From positions 1-50,458 of the IMG/VR virus record IMGVR_UViG_3300045283_000155: DNA of 50,458 bases; one strand, written 5' to 3'. Each line of letters begins with the position of its first letter. Within the stretch, counting starts at the first letter, position 1. The position numbers were made by a program, and so were the translations under genes. A model generated the notes under the pieces. The model searched no databases. It was not told the DNA's origin and saw only the letters and a program-made list of their open reading frames with translations. Origin of the DNA: a virus (taxonomy: Duplodnaviria > Caudoviricetes). Shown here piece after piece: positions 1 to 9,816 of the stretch.

Positions 1-127
1 CAGCAAGGAGTCACTTACAAGGCGTACGTGAAAGCGGCCATGTTTTGGCCCGGGCCGCAAGGGCAAGCCTGGTACTCGGTGTGGGCAGTGTCATCGGCGT
101 TCGGGATTGTGTTCGCCGCGCCGTACA
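1..127. repeat. 127-bp terminal direct repeat (circular assembly overlap), left copy
   Basis: Identical to 50332-50458; reading frame continues across the join. Confidence 0.97.
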
Positions 128-1953
128 CCCCCACCCTGACTACTTCGCTTCTCAGCTCACCGCTTAACTACCGCGCTGCGTTGACGGTCACCGCACCCAT
201 TAACCTCCTGAACTCTGATGCGGCATCGTTTGAAGGAAGCCTCGGCGGGTGGGTCGCGGTCACCAACGGGGCCGCACCCACCTCATCCACCACCGACGCG
301 GCGGACGGCACCCATTCACTGCAAATGTCGTCAAGCGCAGCGGGCGACATGGTGTACCGCTCCCCCATCGACGGCAATGGGCAACCCAAGGTTGATGGCT
401 TGGTCACCTACACCGCGCTCGTGTCGTTCCACGCCGCCACCGCCGGCCGGTCCTGCAACGCCGGGATCAGGTGGCTCTCCATCACAGGTACGGCGATCGG
501 CGCCGACGTGTATGGCTCCAACGTCACCGACACCACCGGCGCCGGGGTTTACACGCAAGCCTTCTGCACCGCCGCTGCCCCCGGCAACGCGGTACAAGCT
601 GAGGTGCTCGCGAAGGTTCAGGCCACCGCTGCCGGCGCTGAGGTGCACCGCATCGACAAGGCCAGCCTCGCCGTCGGTTCCTCCACCACCTGGACCCCCG
701 GTGTGTCCATCGACGACCATGTGTTGTATCTCGAGCGGGGGGATCGGGTCAGTCCCCGCCGCGGACCCGCCGACAACTGGGCACATCCACAGGTCGCGTC
801 CGCCGGGTCGCAGCTGCAGGACCCCTCCTATGGCTTCAAATGGGACATCACGAAGGATCTGATGGAGTGGGTGCCGCTGGATAAGCTGATTACTAGCGGC
901 GCACCGTACGGGATGCTGCATTGGCAGCCCCGTGACCCCGCCTCAAGCGTCACTATTTTGCGGCTCGGGTCGTCGCAGAACACCCCCGAAACCGACTGGA
1001 ACTTCCCGGTCGTCGCCGGATCCAGCCATGCCGGATCGTTTTGGGCGTGGGTCGGCACGAGCACCCTGGCGGTCACCCCGAAGATTGAATGGCTGAACGA
1101 CGACGGCACGGTCAACTCCACCACCACCGGTGGCACCCCCACGTTGACCACCAGCCCGCAGCAGATCACCGTCACCGGCACCGGTGTGGGTTCCGGCGCC
1201 AGGCTGTTGCTGCAAAACAACACCGGCTCCAACAGCGTCGACATTTATGTCACCCGGATCGGGTGGGGATTAGGCACCACCGCGGTTGATGACAAACCAG
1301 CGTCCGGTGGACCCCTGGTTTGGACACCGGTCCGGTTCCAGGAAAACAGCACAGCGATGGGATCAGTGTTCGCGCCGCAGCAAGCACAAACCCGCACATT
1401 CAGCGACTTCGAGATGGCCCCCAACCGGCCGATCCTGTACCGGACACGGATAGGTGTACAGGTTGCTGGGGTGAGCATCATCAGCCCCAACAGCGCCTAC
1501 GCAACCCTGTTCACCACCCCACCCACCCGCACGATGCTCCGCTCGGCAACGGATCCGATGCTGGCGTGCGCCGTGTACCGGTCGGATGGGCAGGCGTCAG
1601 GTGGGCCGACACCGGCATTCAGCCGCCGCGAAAACGCCGCCATCTTCGATCCTCTTGGCCGTGACGGCGGATCGATCAAAATCCGGGACTGGGTTGGTGG
1701 TGAAGACGGCGAACTGGTCGCGGTCACCACCAGCGAGAAGCAGGCGCAACGCCTCGACGAACTCGTCAAATCCGCGAACGTCCTACAAATCCAATGGGCG
1801 AGAGGTGGTCTCAGCTATGTGCTGGTCACCGCCCGACCGTATGACGAGGATGTCTACTCGGTGCCGTGGATAGATGTTGATGACACCGTCGTCAACCCCT
1901 ACCTGCTGTACCGGGTGTGGAGCATCAGCTATATCGAAACGACCCGGCCGTGA
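1..1953 (+). CDS. Minor tail protein, C-terminal part (gene starts at 49594 and wraps the origin; about 896 aa), with carbohydrate-binding-module-like beta domains
   Basis: Frame open from base 1; follows tape measure; SFEGSLGGW...IRWL-type segments. Confidence 0.75.
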   Translation, partial: QQGVTYKAYVKAAMFWPGPQGQAWYSVWAVSSAFGIVFAAPYTPTLTTSLLSSPLNYRAALTVTAPINLLNSDAASFEGSLGGWVAVTNGAAPTSSTTDAADGTHSLQMSSSAAGDMVYRSPIDGNGQPKVDGLVTYTALVSFHAATAGRSCNAGIRWLSITGTAIGADVYGSNVTDTTGAGVYTQAFCTAAAPGNAVQAEVLAKVQATAAGAEVHRIDKASLAVGSSTTWTPGVSIDDHVLYLERGDRVSPRRGPADNWAHPQVASAGSQLQDPSYGFKWDITKDLMEWVPLDKLITSGAPYGMLHWQPRDPASSVTILRLGSSQNTPETDWNFPVVAGSSHAGSFWAWVGTSTLAVTPKIEWLNDDGTVNSTTTGGTPTLTTSPQQITVTGTGVGSGARLLLQNNTGSNSVDIYVTRIGWGLGTTAVDDKPASGGPLVWTPVRFQENSTAMGSVFAPQQAQTRTFSDFEMAPNRPILYRTRIGVQVAGVSIISPNSAYATLFTTPPTRTMLRSATDPMLACAVYRSDGQASGGPTPAFSRRENAAIFDPLGRDGGSIKIRDWVGGEDGELVAVTTSEKQAQRLDELVKSANVLQIQWARGGLSYVLVTARPYDEDVYSVPWIDVDDTVVNPYLLYRVWSISYIETTRP

Positions 1954-2714
1954 CCGCCGTCCTTTACCGCGGTGACGCGTTAGCAGTCCTGCGGGACTTG
2001 CCGGATGCGAGCGTTGATGGGGTGATCACCGACCCGCCCTACAGCAGCGGCGGCATGTTCCGGGGTGACCGCACAATGGACCCGACGCAGAAATATGTTC
2101 CGACGAAAGAGGTCATCAACTTCCACCCGACCTTCACTGGTGACAATCGGGACCAGCGCTCCTACGGTTACTGGTCCACGCTCTGGCTCGGCGAGTGCCT
2201 TCGGGTGACCAAACTGGGCGGCACGGTCCTCCTGTTCACGGACTGGCGCCAGCTGCCGACAACTACTGACGCGCTCCAGGCTGGTGGCTGGGTGTGGCGA
2301 GGCGTAGTCGTTTGGGACAAGACAGCGGGCATTCGTCCGAGTGCAGGCCGATTCCGGCAACAGGCGGAGTTTGTTATTTGGGGCAGCAATGGCCCCATGC
2401 CCGTGGATTACACCGAGTCATGTCTCAACGGCGTCTTCACCCATGCGCCGTTCAGAGGCAAGGAGCACATCGCCGGGAAGCCGCTAGGGCTCATGCGGGA
2501 TCTCGTCGAGATTGTGCCACTCGGGGGAACCATTCTGGATCCATTCATGGGCAGCGGCACTACTGGTGTTGCTGCTGTTCTTAAGGGCCGCAGCTTCATT
2601 GGCGTTGAACTGGCTGATCACCACTATCGGGTCGCTGAGGATCGGATCCGCAGCACCGAACGTGGTTACAGGCCACCACCGTTGCAAATGGTGCTAGGCG
2701 CGGAGATAGCCTGA
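1950..2714 (+). CDS. DNA N6-adenine/N4-cytosine methyltransferase (beta-class motif order)
   Basis: DPPY catalytic motif precedes DPFMGSGTTG SAM-binding motif; GTG start overlaps the upstream stop (GTGA). Confidence 0.93.
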   Translation: MTAVLYRGDALAVLRDLPDASVDGVITDPPYSSGGMFRGDRTMDPTQKYVPTKEVINFHPTFTGDNRDQRSYGYWSTLWLGECLRVTKLGGTVLLFTDWRQLPTTTDALQAGGWVWRGVVVWDKTAGIRPSAGRFRQQAEFVIWGSNGPMPVDYTESCLNGVFTHAPFRGKEHIAGKPLGLMRDLVEIVPLGGTILDPFMGSGTTGVAAVLKGRSFIGVELADHHYRVAEDRIRSTERGYRPPPLQMVLGAEIA

Positions 2715-3877
2715 TGTGGCCGGTGACGCAGCGGTTCATCGACACGTTAAGCCGAAGCCATGAACGCCGCTGTTACGTAGAGGTTTTGCATAACAACGTG
2801 GTTGCGACCACTCTCAACGCGACCCTGCTCCCAGATCCGGTCACGGGGAGTCTGGTGCAGTCCATCGGCGGTTCGATACAAGTCGACCGCACCGCAGTCC
2901 GGCGGAGCGGCACGGTCAACTTCGTGGACATCAGCCAAGATGCTGACGCCAACGAAGTCCTCGACCTGTTCCCCACCCTGGTGACCGAAATCCGGCCCTG
3001 GGTCGGGCTGCATTATTGGGACGCGCCCGCGGTCGACCCGCCAGGGGTCACCTCGTGGGAATACGTACCGCTCGGCACCCTCGTCGTCTCTGGTGTCGAC
3101 ACAAGCAATTACCCCGCCGTCAGTGTCGCCGGCTATGACCGGATGTGGCTGGTCGGCCCATTCGCCAACGCATTGTCGATTCCGTCTGGGACGGTGATCG
3201 CGGATGCGATGAACCTGATACTCGGGCAGCAGATCCCCACCGCCCGCCTAGACACATCCGGCATCGTCGCCACCGAGCACACCACCAGCGCCCTGTTGTA
3301 CGCGGAGCAGGACGACGCAGCCCAGAAACTGGCGGACATGGCCGCGACGACCGGCCAGGTGCTGTACGTGGATCAGATGGGTGTGTTCACCACCGACACC
3401 GAACCGTCGACGGATGACGAACCGGTCATGACCTACACCTCGGGGTATGGCGGGTCGGCGATGATGCGCCCGAAACAGGTGATCGACGCGTCCCAGGCGT
3501 ACAACAAGGTCGTATTCACCGGTGAAGGATCCGCGGTGCCACCGGTGCGTGGGGAGGCGCAGGACGACAACCCCGACAGCAGCACCTACGTCGGGAAGGT
3601 TGGGGTACGACCCTATTTTGCGTCTAGCCCGTTGATCACCACTCAGCATCAGGCGGTGCTGGCAGCGAAAACTAGGCTGCTGAATATTCTCGGCATTCCC
3701 GACACCATCAGTGTTCCGGTTCCCCCTAACCCGGCGTTGGAATCCGGGGACGTGATCATGGTGACCGACCTGTCGCAGGGCATCAACTTCCCGGTCATCA
3801 TCGACGCGTTCCCGGCCGCGCTACGTGCATCAGACGGGGAACAAGTTCTCACCTGTCGGCCGCGGGTGATTCGCTGA
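2714..3877 (+). CDS. Minor tail / baseplate hub protein
   Basis: Position; actinophage minor-tail pattern (GGSIQVDRTAVRRSG, YVPLG, YNKVVFTGE, PNPALESGDVI). Confidence 0.75.
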   Translation: MWPVTQRFIDTLSRSHERRCYVEVLHNNVVATTLNATLLPDPVTGSLVQSIGGSIQVDRTAVRRSGTVNFVDISQDADANEVLDLFPTLVTEIRPWVGLHYWDAPAVDPPGVTSWEYVPLGTLVVSGVDTSNYPAVSVAGYDRMWLVGPFANALSIPSGTVIADAMNLILGQQIPTARLDTSGIVATEHTTSALLYAEQDDAAQKLADMAATTGQVLYVDQMGVFTTDTEPSTDDEPVMTYTSGYGGSAMMRPKQVIDASQAYNKVVFTGEGSAVPPVRGEAQDDNPDSSTYVGKVGVRPYFASSPLITTQHQAVLAAKTRLLNILGIPDTISVPVPPNPALESGDVIMVTDLSQGINFPVIIDAFPAALRASDGEQVLTCRPRVIR

Positions 3878-4461
3878 TGGTGGATCTGACCCCAACCAAA
3901 CGCCGCGGAACGGTTATCAGTATCAGCATGACCCCCGCGCCGACAGTTGAGGTGCAAGTCGGTGCCGACCCATCCGTCACCGACTTCATGCCGTTCGTAG
4001 ACAGTTACGCCCCGCAAGTCGGTGACTATGTGGAACTCCTCGAGAACCAGGGCGCGTATGTTTGCCTCGGCTCGACCGGGTCGCCGGTTGCTTTCTCCGC
4101 GATCGGGCCAGGCGGCACCACCGACTGCACCACCGGTCAGACGATCGTCAGCCTTGCCGTCAACGTGACTTCCGGTCGCACGTACATGGTCGGCGGGTAT
4201 GTGCTTGGGGCTCAAATCACCGTGGCAGGCCGGCCAACCGTCAGCATCCGGGCCGGTGGCAGCGAGATAGGACCCAGCGTGCGCCCGATCGACCGGTTGA
4301 ACACCACCATCGGTGAGGTGATCACCGGCTACGCAGCCTATAGATATCTCGCGACCAGCACGGCTTCGTTGACGTTCTCGATGTTGGGTTCCGCTAGTTC
4401 GGGAGCGTTCCGGGTCGCCGCCAACGCCAGCCAAATCACCGTCGAAGACAACGGCATCTAA
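3877..4461 (+). CDS. Minor tail protein (OB-fold/spike-like N terminus plus beta-rich C terminus)
   Basis: YAPQVGDYVELL motif; coupled to the hub gene. Confidence 0.55.
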   Translation: MVDLTPTKRRGTVISISMTPAPTVEVQVGADPSVTDFMPFVDSYAPQVGDYVELLENQGAYVCLGSTGSPVAFSAIGPGGTTDCTTGQTIVSLAVNVTSGRTYMVGGYVLGAQITVAGRPTVSIRAGGSEIGPSVRPIDRLNTTIGEVITGYAAYRYLATSTASLTFSMLGSASSGAFRVAANASQITVEDNGI

Positions 4462-4474
4462 GGGAGGGGACTGA

Positions 4475-4795
4475 GTGGCGATACCGTTGGCGGATCAGAA
4501 ATCCACCGCCGGGGATCCGGGGTTCACTAACCGGATCGAACCGGCGACGGTGCGGGCCGCGTTCACACAGTTCACCGCCACCGCGAATAGTGATGCGACG
4601 ATTCAGGCGCAGCGGATCGCCCTCGCCGACAAGATCGTCACCCAGCCCGGGTTCGCGGTACCGCAGTTCGCGTACTGGATCACCACCCAGCCGGGGTTCA
4701 CGAGTGTTGATGCGATCACCGATGCGCAGATCGGCACCCAGATCAGTAACAGCTTCGACCAGGTCGCGCAAATGATCATGCCGAAACCGTCATGA
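4475..4795 (+). CDS. Hypothetical protein, possible tail fibre chaperone
   Basis: RBS GGAGGGG; small helical protein after a tail gene. Confidence 0.4.
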   Translation: MAIPLADQKSTAGDPGFTNRIEPATVRAAFTQFTATANSDATIQAQRIALADKIVTQPGFAVPQFAYWITTQPGFTSVDAITDAQIGTQISNSFDQVAQMIMPKPS

Positions 4796-5265
4796 CGCGG
4801 GTTTACCTTGACACAGAGTTCATCGAGGATGGTCACACCATCGAGTTACTATCGATCGGATTGTTCACTGACGACAACCGCGCGTTTTACGCCGAACCGG
4901 CGGAGACCGACCGGAGCCGGGCTAACGAATGGGTGCGTGAGCATGTCCTCCCGCAGCTCGGTGGCCCGATCTTGCCACGTCGGGAGATAGCGGAGCAGAT
5001 CGTCGCTTTCGTTGGTGACAAGCCCGAGTTTTGGGGTTATTACGCCGACTATGACTGGGTTGCGCTCTGCCAGTTGTATGGCACGATGATGGACTTGCCG
5101 AACGGCTGGCCGATGTATTGCCGCGACCTGAAGCAATGGTGCGATGAGCTAGGCAACCCACGCCTGCCCGAGCAAGGCGACGGGGAACACAACGCCTTTC
5201 AGGATGCTTTTTGGAATCGGAAGGTGTGGGAATTCCTCGCCGCCCGAGCAAGCAGCGCACCATGA
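4792..5265 (+). CDS. DEDDh 3'-5' exonuclease, RNase AS (Rv2179c)-like
   Basis: YLDTEFIEDG, YYADYDWV and HNAFQDA motifs. Confidence 0.85.
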   Translation: MTRVYLDTEFIEDGHTIELLSIGLFTDDNRAFYAEPAETDRSRANEWVREHVLPQLGGPILPRREIAEQIVAFVGDKPEFWGYYADYDWVALCQLYGTMMDLPNGWPMYCRDLKQWCDELGNPRLPEQGDGEHNAFQDAFWNRKVWEFLAARASSAP

Positions 5266-6209
5266 CCTGGGTGGACACGCCTTGGCCGCAGGACCCAAAA
5301 CGGTTGAAGGCCGGCGGCTACGACATCATGCGGTACCTGTGCTCCGACTGGAACACCGGCCCCGGCACATCCATGCCCAACAAACGCATCTCCCGCCCCG
5401 AACTCGACGGGTATATCGCGGCCGGGGTGGATGTTGCGGTCAACTTCGAGGACGCCGCCGACGACTACCTGGGCGGATATCAACGCGGCAAGGAGAAAGG
5501 GCAGAAGGCCGGCACGTGGATGGCGACCGAGCTCGGCTGGCCATCCGGCGGGGTGTGCTGCTCCTCGATCGACGCTGATATCGGCACTAGCTGGGGTGGG
5601 TTGGCGCAGGCGTATCAGCTCGGGTTCTCCGATGGGCTGAAATCAGCCGGCCCATATCTGCCCGGTATCTACGGGTCGTCGATCGCGTTGAACGGTGCGA
5701 ACCATGACGGTACTGCGGTCGTGTTTTGGAAAACCGCTGCCCTCTCCTGGTCGCACGGTGTTGAACCTGATGTGCTGCACATGTGGCAGAACGGGTATTG
5801 GCCGTTCGGCTCGGATGCTGATCTGAATGTCACCGTGTTGGAGCCGATGGGTTCCTACCTGAACCCCCTGGGAGACGACATGACACCCGATGACTGGGCT
5901 GCGATGTCGAAGCTGATTGACGCTCGGCTGGTCAACTACTTCGCGAACGGTGAAGGCAACCCGAAAACCGGCCGCATCGTTCAAGCATGCAATACCTCGC
6001 TGGTACCCGTTAAAGCTTTCGTAGATACGCTTGAACCGGCCGTGGCGGCGCTACCCACGCTTGCGCAGATCGACGCCCTGATATCGAACATTGGGATCAC
6101 GTTGACGGATGCGCAGGTGGCGGCGTTGGGGGCGGTGTTGGCGCAGTCCGCTCCGCCGAACTACACCGGCACGGTTGATATTCGACCTGCCCCGCCCGTG
6201 ACCCCATGA
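5262..6209 (+). CDS. Endolysin, DUF1906/GH25-like glycoside hydrolase
   Basis: IMRYL..NKRISRPE..VAVNFE..SIDAD..GIYGS..HMWQ pattern; upstream of holin; ATGA overlap. Confidence 0.78.
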   Translation: MTWVDTPWPQDPKRLKAGGYDIMRYLCSDWNTGPGTSMPNKRISRPELDGYIAAGVDVAVNFEDAADDYLGGYQRGKEKGQKAGTWMATELGWPSGGVCCSSIDADIGTSWGGLAQAYQLGFSDGLKSAGPYLPGIYGSSIALNGANHDGTAVVFWKTAALSWSHGVEPDVLHMWQNGYWPFGSDADLNVTVLEPMGSYLNPLGDDMTPDDWAAMSKLIDARLVNYFANGEGNPKTGRIVQACNTSLVPVKAFVDTLEPAVAALPTLAQIDALISNIGITLTDAQVAALGAVLAQSAPPNYTGTVDIRPAPPVTP

Positions 6210-6391
6210 CCGCCAACGCTGACTTCTACGGCGATGACGCCGAAGACATTCAGTACCTCGATTCTCTCGACTCCCGCGTCACAGTCTGGGACGTAACTAG
6301 TCGCAACTGGCGGACGCTGCGGCTACCCCTTACGACCACGACTACCCCCGTCACCTTCACGCAGATGTCTCCCTCGCCCCGTGACCACTAA
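6206..6391 (+). CDS. Small hypothetical protein
   Basis: ATGA-coupled; VWDVTSRNWRTLRL resembles the end of an SH3-like beta barrel. Confidence 0.35.
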   Translation: MTANADFYGDDAEDIQYLDSLDSRVTVWDVTSRNWRTLRLPLTTTTTPVTFTQMSPSPRDH

Positions 6392-6734
6392 GGCCCCGGT
6401 TGAGTTCAAGGTTGTTGCAGGCACATCCGGTGCCGGCGCGGGTTTCATACTCAGCCAGTTCATTCTGTGGCTACTCGGCTGCTGGGCGTGGGGCGCATCC
6501 TGGGCAGCGGACAAAGCCGTTGATGCTATAGCTGCGGTGCCGCAGCCGGCGGCTGAGATGATTGGGCTGGTTGTGACCGTGATCGGTGCCTACGTGTTCG
6601 GTTGGCTGGCGCCGCACACCCACCGACCCGCACCTGACCCGGATCCAACACCGGCACCTACCGCCCCGAAACCGATTACACTTGATCACGGGAGTGACGA
6701 TCTGCTCCACACCGAACCGCTACCCGAGGTGTAG
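6381..6734 (+). CDS. Holin
   Basis: Two hydrophobic helices, GWLAP end motif, Pro-rich tail; next to endolysin. Confidence 0.7.
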   Translation: MTTKAPVEFKVVAGTSGAGAGFILSQFILWLLGCWAWGASWAADKAVDAIAAVPQPAAEMIGLVVTVIGAYVFGWLAPHTHRPAPDPDPTPAPTAPKPITLDHGSDDLLHTEPLPEV

Positions 6735-6759
6735 CTGACCAATCCCGGGGGTGTGTCCA

Positions 6760-7569
6760 ATGGCGGACGGTGCCATACCGGAAGGCGCTGCGAGTCTAAC
6801 TGGGTGGACCCCGGTGCCGGACCCGACGAAGCTCACGACGGACGCGGTAGACAAGGTCAAGGCCGAGCTGAAGCAGATCATCGACGAACGGGACGCGCAA
6901 CGGACCCGTGATCTAGAGAATCTTCGGCAGATAATCGAGGCCCGTCTCGACGCCAGCGACATCGCCACCGACCTGCGGCTAGAAGCGATGCGGGAAGTCC
7001 GGCCGCAAACTGAGCGGCAAATCTTCCATCTGAGGGAACTACTCGAGCAGCGGTTCGCGCTGTCCGACGAGAAGTTTGAGGGTGTCGCGCAGCAGTTCCG
7101 GGAGCGGGACACCCGCACCGATCAGGCAGCGACCGCGTCGCAGCAGGCGTTGACGCAGGCTTTGATCGCCGCTAAGGAACTGGTTGGGCAGCAGAACGCG
7201 GCGAACGTCGAAGCCGCCGCCAAAGCGGAAGCGTCGACCACGAAACAGATCGATCAGATCACTGTGACGATGGCGAATGCTGAGCGGGCCAGCAGTGAAC
7301 GCACGGCGACTGTTGAGAAGTCGCTGACCGATCGTCTCCTCGAGTTGAAGGAACGTATCGACCGGGGCGAACCGGGGGCGTTCGATAAGGGTGAGAGCGC
7401 TGCGATGGTTGAGGCCCGCGCGGTCGCCGCCGCGCAGTTGGCTGTCGCTAACTCGCATCAGGGTGCGGTCGCGAACCGGATCTCCGCGAACGCCTTACTG
7501 GCCAGCGCCGTCGGGTTACTGATCACGGTCGGCGGCATCATCGTCGCCGTCATCCTCGCCCGCGGTTGA
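6760..7569 (+). CDS. Coiled-coil protein with C-terminal transmembrane helix (lysis-cassette accessory)
   Basis: Long charged helical region; hydrophobic C terminus. Confidence 0.6.
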   Translation: MADGAIPEGAASLTGWTPVPDPTKLTTDAVDKVKAELKQIIDERDAQRTRDLENLRQIIEARLDASDIATDLRLEAMREVRPQTERQIFHLRELLEQRFALSDEKFEGVAQQFRERDTRTDQAATASQQALTQALIAAKELVGQQNAANVEAAAKAEASTTKQIDQITVTMANAERASSERTATVEKSLTDRLLELKERIDRGEPGAFDKGESAAMVEARAVAAAQLAVANSHQGAVANRISANALLASAVGLLITVGGIIVAVILARG

Positions 7570-7572
7570 GCC

Positions 7573-7707
7573 ATGACGTGGCCGTGGGTCGCGCTGATCC
7601 TGGCTGGAAGCGTCGGCGGCGCGGTCCTCGGTGTGACGCTCTGGCTGATCTACCGCAAAGGCAGAAGCCGCTCAGATAAACAGGAGGATGCCAATGGTGA
7701 CCCGTGA
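7573..7707 (+). CDS. 44-aa single-pass membrane protein
   Basis: MTWPWVALILAGSVGGAVLGVTLWLIYRKGR; read by hand, below the ORF-track cutoff. Confidence 0.55.
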   Translation: MTWPWVALILAGSVGGAVLGVTLWLIYRKGRSRSDKQEDANGDP

Positions 7708-9271
7708 GATCAGCCGCCGCGCCATGCTTCAACGCTTCGGCATCGGCGGTGCCGCGCTCGGCGCAGTCACACTCCTCGACGGCGGCGGCAGGGCATTCGC
7801 CAAAGTGCCCACCGACACACCAGCCGCCGACCACCTCCCACCAGCCACCAGCAACCCCAGCGGCCTATCCAAGTTCGGGTTCATGTTCCCCCGCCTACCC
7901 GGGCTGCATGACACGGACCCGTCAATCGGTATGGACCAACTCGCCGCACTAGCCCTCTCAATGCAAGACCCCGGCGTCAACTTCCCGGCAGCGAACAATC
8001 GGGACAACACCGAATCAGCGTCGGTGTTCACCTACCTCGGCCAATTCATCGACCACGATCTGACGCTGGACCTGGAACCGCAGCCAACCGTGTTCTTCGC
8101 CCAAGACTCGGACGGGATGCTCCTCGACGATGAGGGCGGCTCGGTGTTCAACAACGAGTCGTACCGGTTCGACCTGTCCAGCGTTTACGGCGGCGGTCCG
8201 ACCCGAAGCCCGCAACTGTACGAGTCGGACCGTCTCCATTTCCGGGTGGTGGAGTCCAACGCGAACGGTGTGCGGGACCTGCCTCGTAACCCTGACCAGA
8301 CGGCGATCCTGGTTGAGCACCGCAACGATGAGAACGAGGTTATTTCCCAGGTTCACACGGCGGTCCTGAAGTTCCACAACGCTGTCGTGGATTCGGGTGT
8401 CCGCGACTTCGCGCGGGCGGCCATGCTTACGCGCCAGCATTATCAGTGGATCGTTGTGCACGAGTTCCTGCCGCACATCATCGGGCAGGACGTGGTCGAC
8501 GGCCTGCTGAACGGCACGATTCCACGGTTCTACAAGCCGACGGACATGGTGCGGCCGTTCACCCCGGTGGAGTGGTCCACCGCCGCCTACCGGTTCGGGC
8601 ATTCACAGGTCCGGCTCGCCTACCAGATCGCCCGCCCAGTGAGCGCCACCGCCGCGCCGGTCAAGGTGCAAGTGTTCAACCTGGCCGGCACCGACCTGCA
8701 CGGCGGACGCATGCTTCCGGCCGCGAACCTCATCGACTGGGGCCAGTTCGTTCCCGCCCTTCGCCGTCCCGAGAACACCGGCACCGAGGCCGGGGCGAAT
8801 GAGCATTTCAACTTCCCGCGGCAGATCGACACGTTCCTCTCCAAGAGTCTGTTCGCGTTGCCGATCGGTGGGCAGACCGGTGCCGAATCATCCGGCTCGA
8901 ATTCGTTGGCGTTCCGTAACTTCGTGCGCCAGTTCTTCTACAACACCCCAACCGGGCAGGCCGTCGCCGCGGCTATGGGTCTCCCGGTGATCAGCCCAAC
9001 CGATGCGATTGATCCGACCGTTGTGCCGGGTTTCGAGAAGGCGACCCCGCTCTGGTACTACATTTTGAAGGAGTCGGAGCTGGCTGGCGGTTTGAGGCTC
9101 GGCCCGACCGGTGGCCGCATCGTCGGTGACGTGCTCCTCGGCCTGATCGAATCAGATCCGCTCGGCATCATCCGGCAGCCGTTCACCCCGCAACCACCGA
9201 TCGCACCCACGGCGGGGCAGTTCACGATGGCTGATCTTCTTGTGTTCGCCGGGGTAGCGACCCGCCCGTAA
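7688..9271 (+). CDS. Animal-type heme peroxidase (peroxidase-cyclooxygenase superfamily) with twin-arginine signal peptide
   Basis: SRRAML Tat motif and AFA cleavage site; GQFIDHD distal His, RNDEN, YQWIVVHEFLP, RFGHS proximal His, PLWYYILKE. Confidence 0.92.
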   Translation: MPMVTREISRRAMLQRFGIGGAALGAVTLLDGGGRAFAKVPTDTPAADHLPPATSNPSGLSKFGFMFPRLPGLHDTDPSIGMDQLAALALSMQDPGVNFPAANNRDNTESASVFTYLGQFIDHDLTLDLEPQPTVFFAQDSDGMLLDDEGGSVFNNESYRFDLSSVYGGGPTRSPQLYESDRLHFRVVESNANGVRDLPRNPDQTAILVEHRNDENEVISQVHTAVLKFHNAVVDSGVRDFARAAMLTRQHYQWIVVHEFLPHIIGQDVVDGLLNGTIPRFYKPTDMVRPFTPVEWSTAAYRFGHSQVRLAYQIARPVSATAAPVKVQVFNLAGTDLHGGRMLPAANLIDWGQFVPALRRPENTGTEAGANEHFNFPRQIDTFLSKSLFALPIGGQTGAESSGSNSLAFRNFVRQFFYNTPTGQAVAAAMGLPVISPTDAIDPTVVPGFEKATPLWYYILKESELAGGLRLGPTGGRIVGDVLLGLIESDPLGIIRQPFTPQPPIAPTAGQFTMADLLVFAGVATRP

Positions 9272-9309
9272 CTGATTCATCCCCCATCTAACGCGCAGGG
9301 AGTAGACCC

Positions 9310-9801
9310 GTGGCGTTCACCGCGATCATGGCCACCCAATACACGAATCAATTGGCCACGAAGACGATTAACATGTCGACGGATACGTTCCGGGTGATTC
9401 TGTTGACGTCGGCGACTACCGGCCTGGCTGCGGCGCAGGACACTATGACGACGATGACCTCCGTTAAGGCGGTCACCGGCTTCACTGAACTCGCCACCGC
9501 AGTAGGCGGCTCCAACTACACGCAGAACGCCAACAGCACCTCGAGCGGGCAGGCCATCTCCGGATCCACCTGGACCCGCACCGGACACGTGTGGACATGG
9601 ACCGCAACCAACCCCGTCTGGACCACCGCCGGCGCCGCATTCAACCCCGCCTACGCCGTGTTCTTCACATCCACCGGCGGGACTGATGCCACGAACTTCA
9701 TCATCTGTTGGTGGGATTTCGGGGGAGCGCAGCTCGGGACTGGCGGGAACTACACGTTGACCATCGCTGGTACCGGTCTCGTCACCGCGACAAGTTCGTA
9801 G
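9310..9801 (+). CDS. Putative virion structural protein (Thr-rich beta sandwich)
   Basis: DTFRVILLTS..NPVWT..LTI pattern common in phage fibre-type genes; RBS GGGAG. Confidence 0.55.
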   Translation: MAFTAIMATQYTNQLATKTINMSTDTFRVILLTSATTGLAAAQDTMTTMTSVKAVTGFTELATAVGGSNYTQNANSTSSGQAISGSTWTRTGHVWTWTATNPVWTTAGAAFNPAYAVFFTSTGGTDATNFIICWWDFGGAQLGTGGNYTLTIAGTGLVTATSS

Positions 9802-9816
9802 GAGGTTGACCCTGTA

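Noticed and set aside
1-127. Biological terminal repeat
   Set aside because: Falls mid-gene and matches a usual assembler k-mer length; treated as circular overlap
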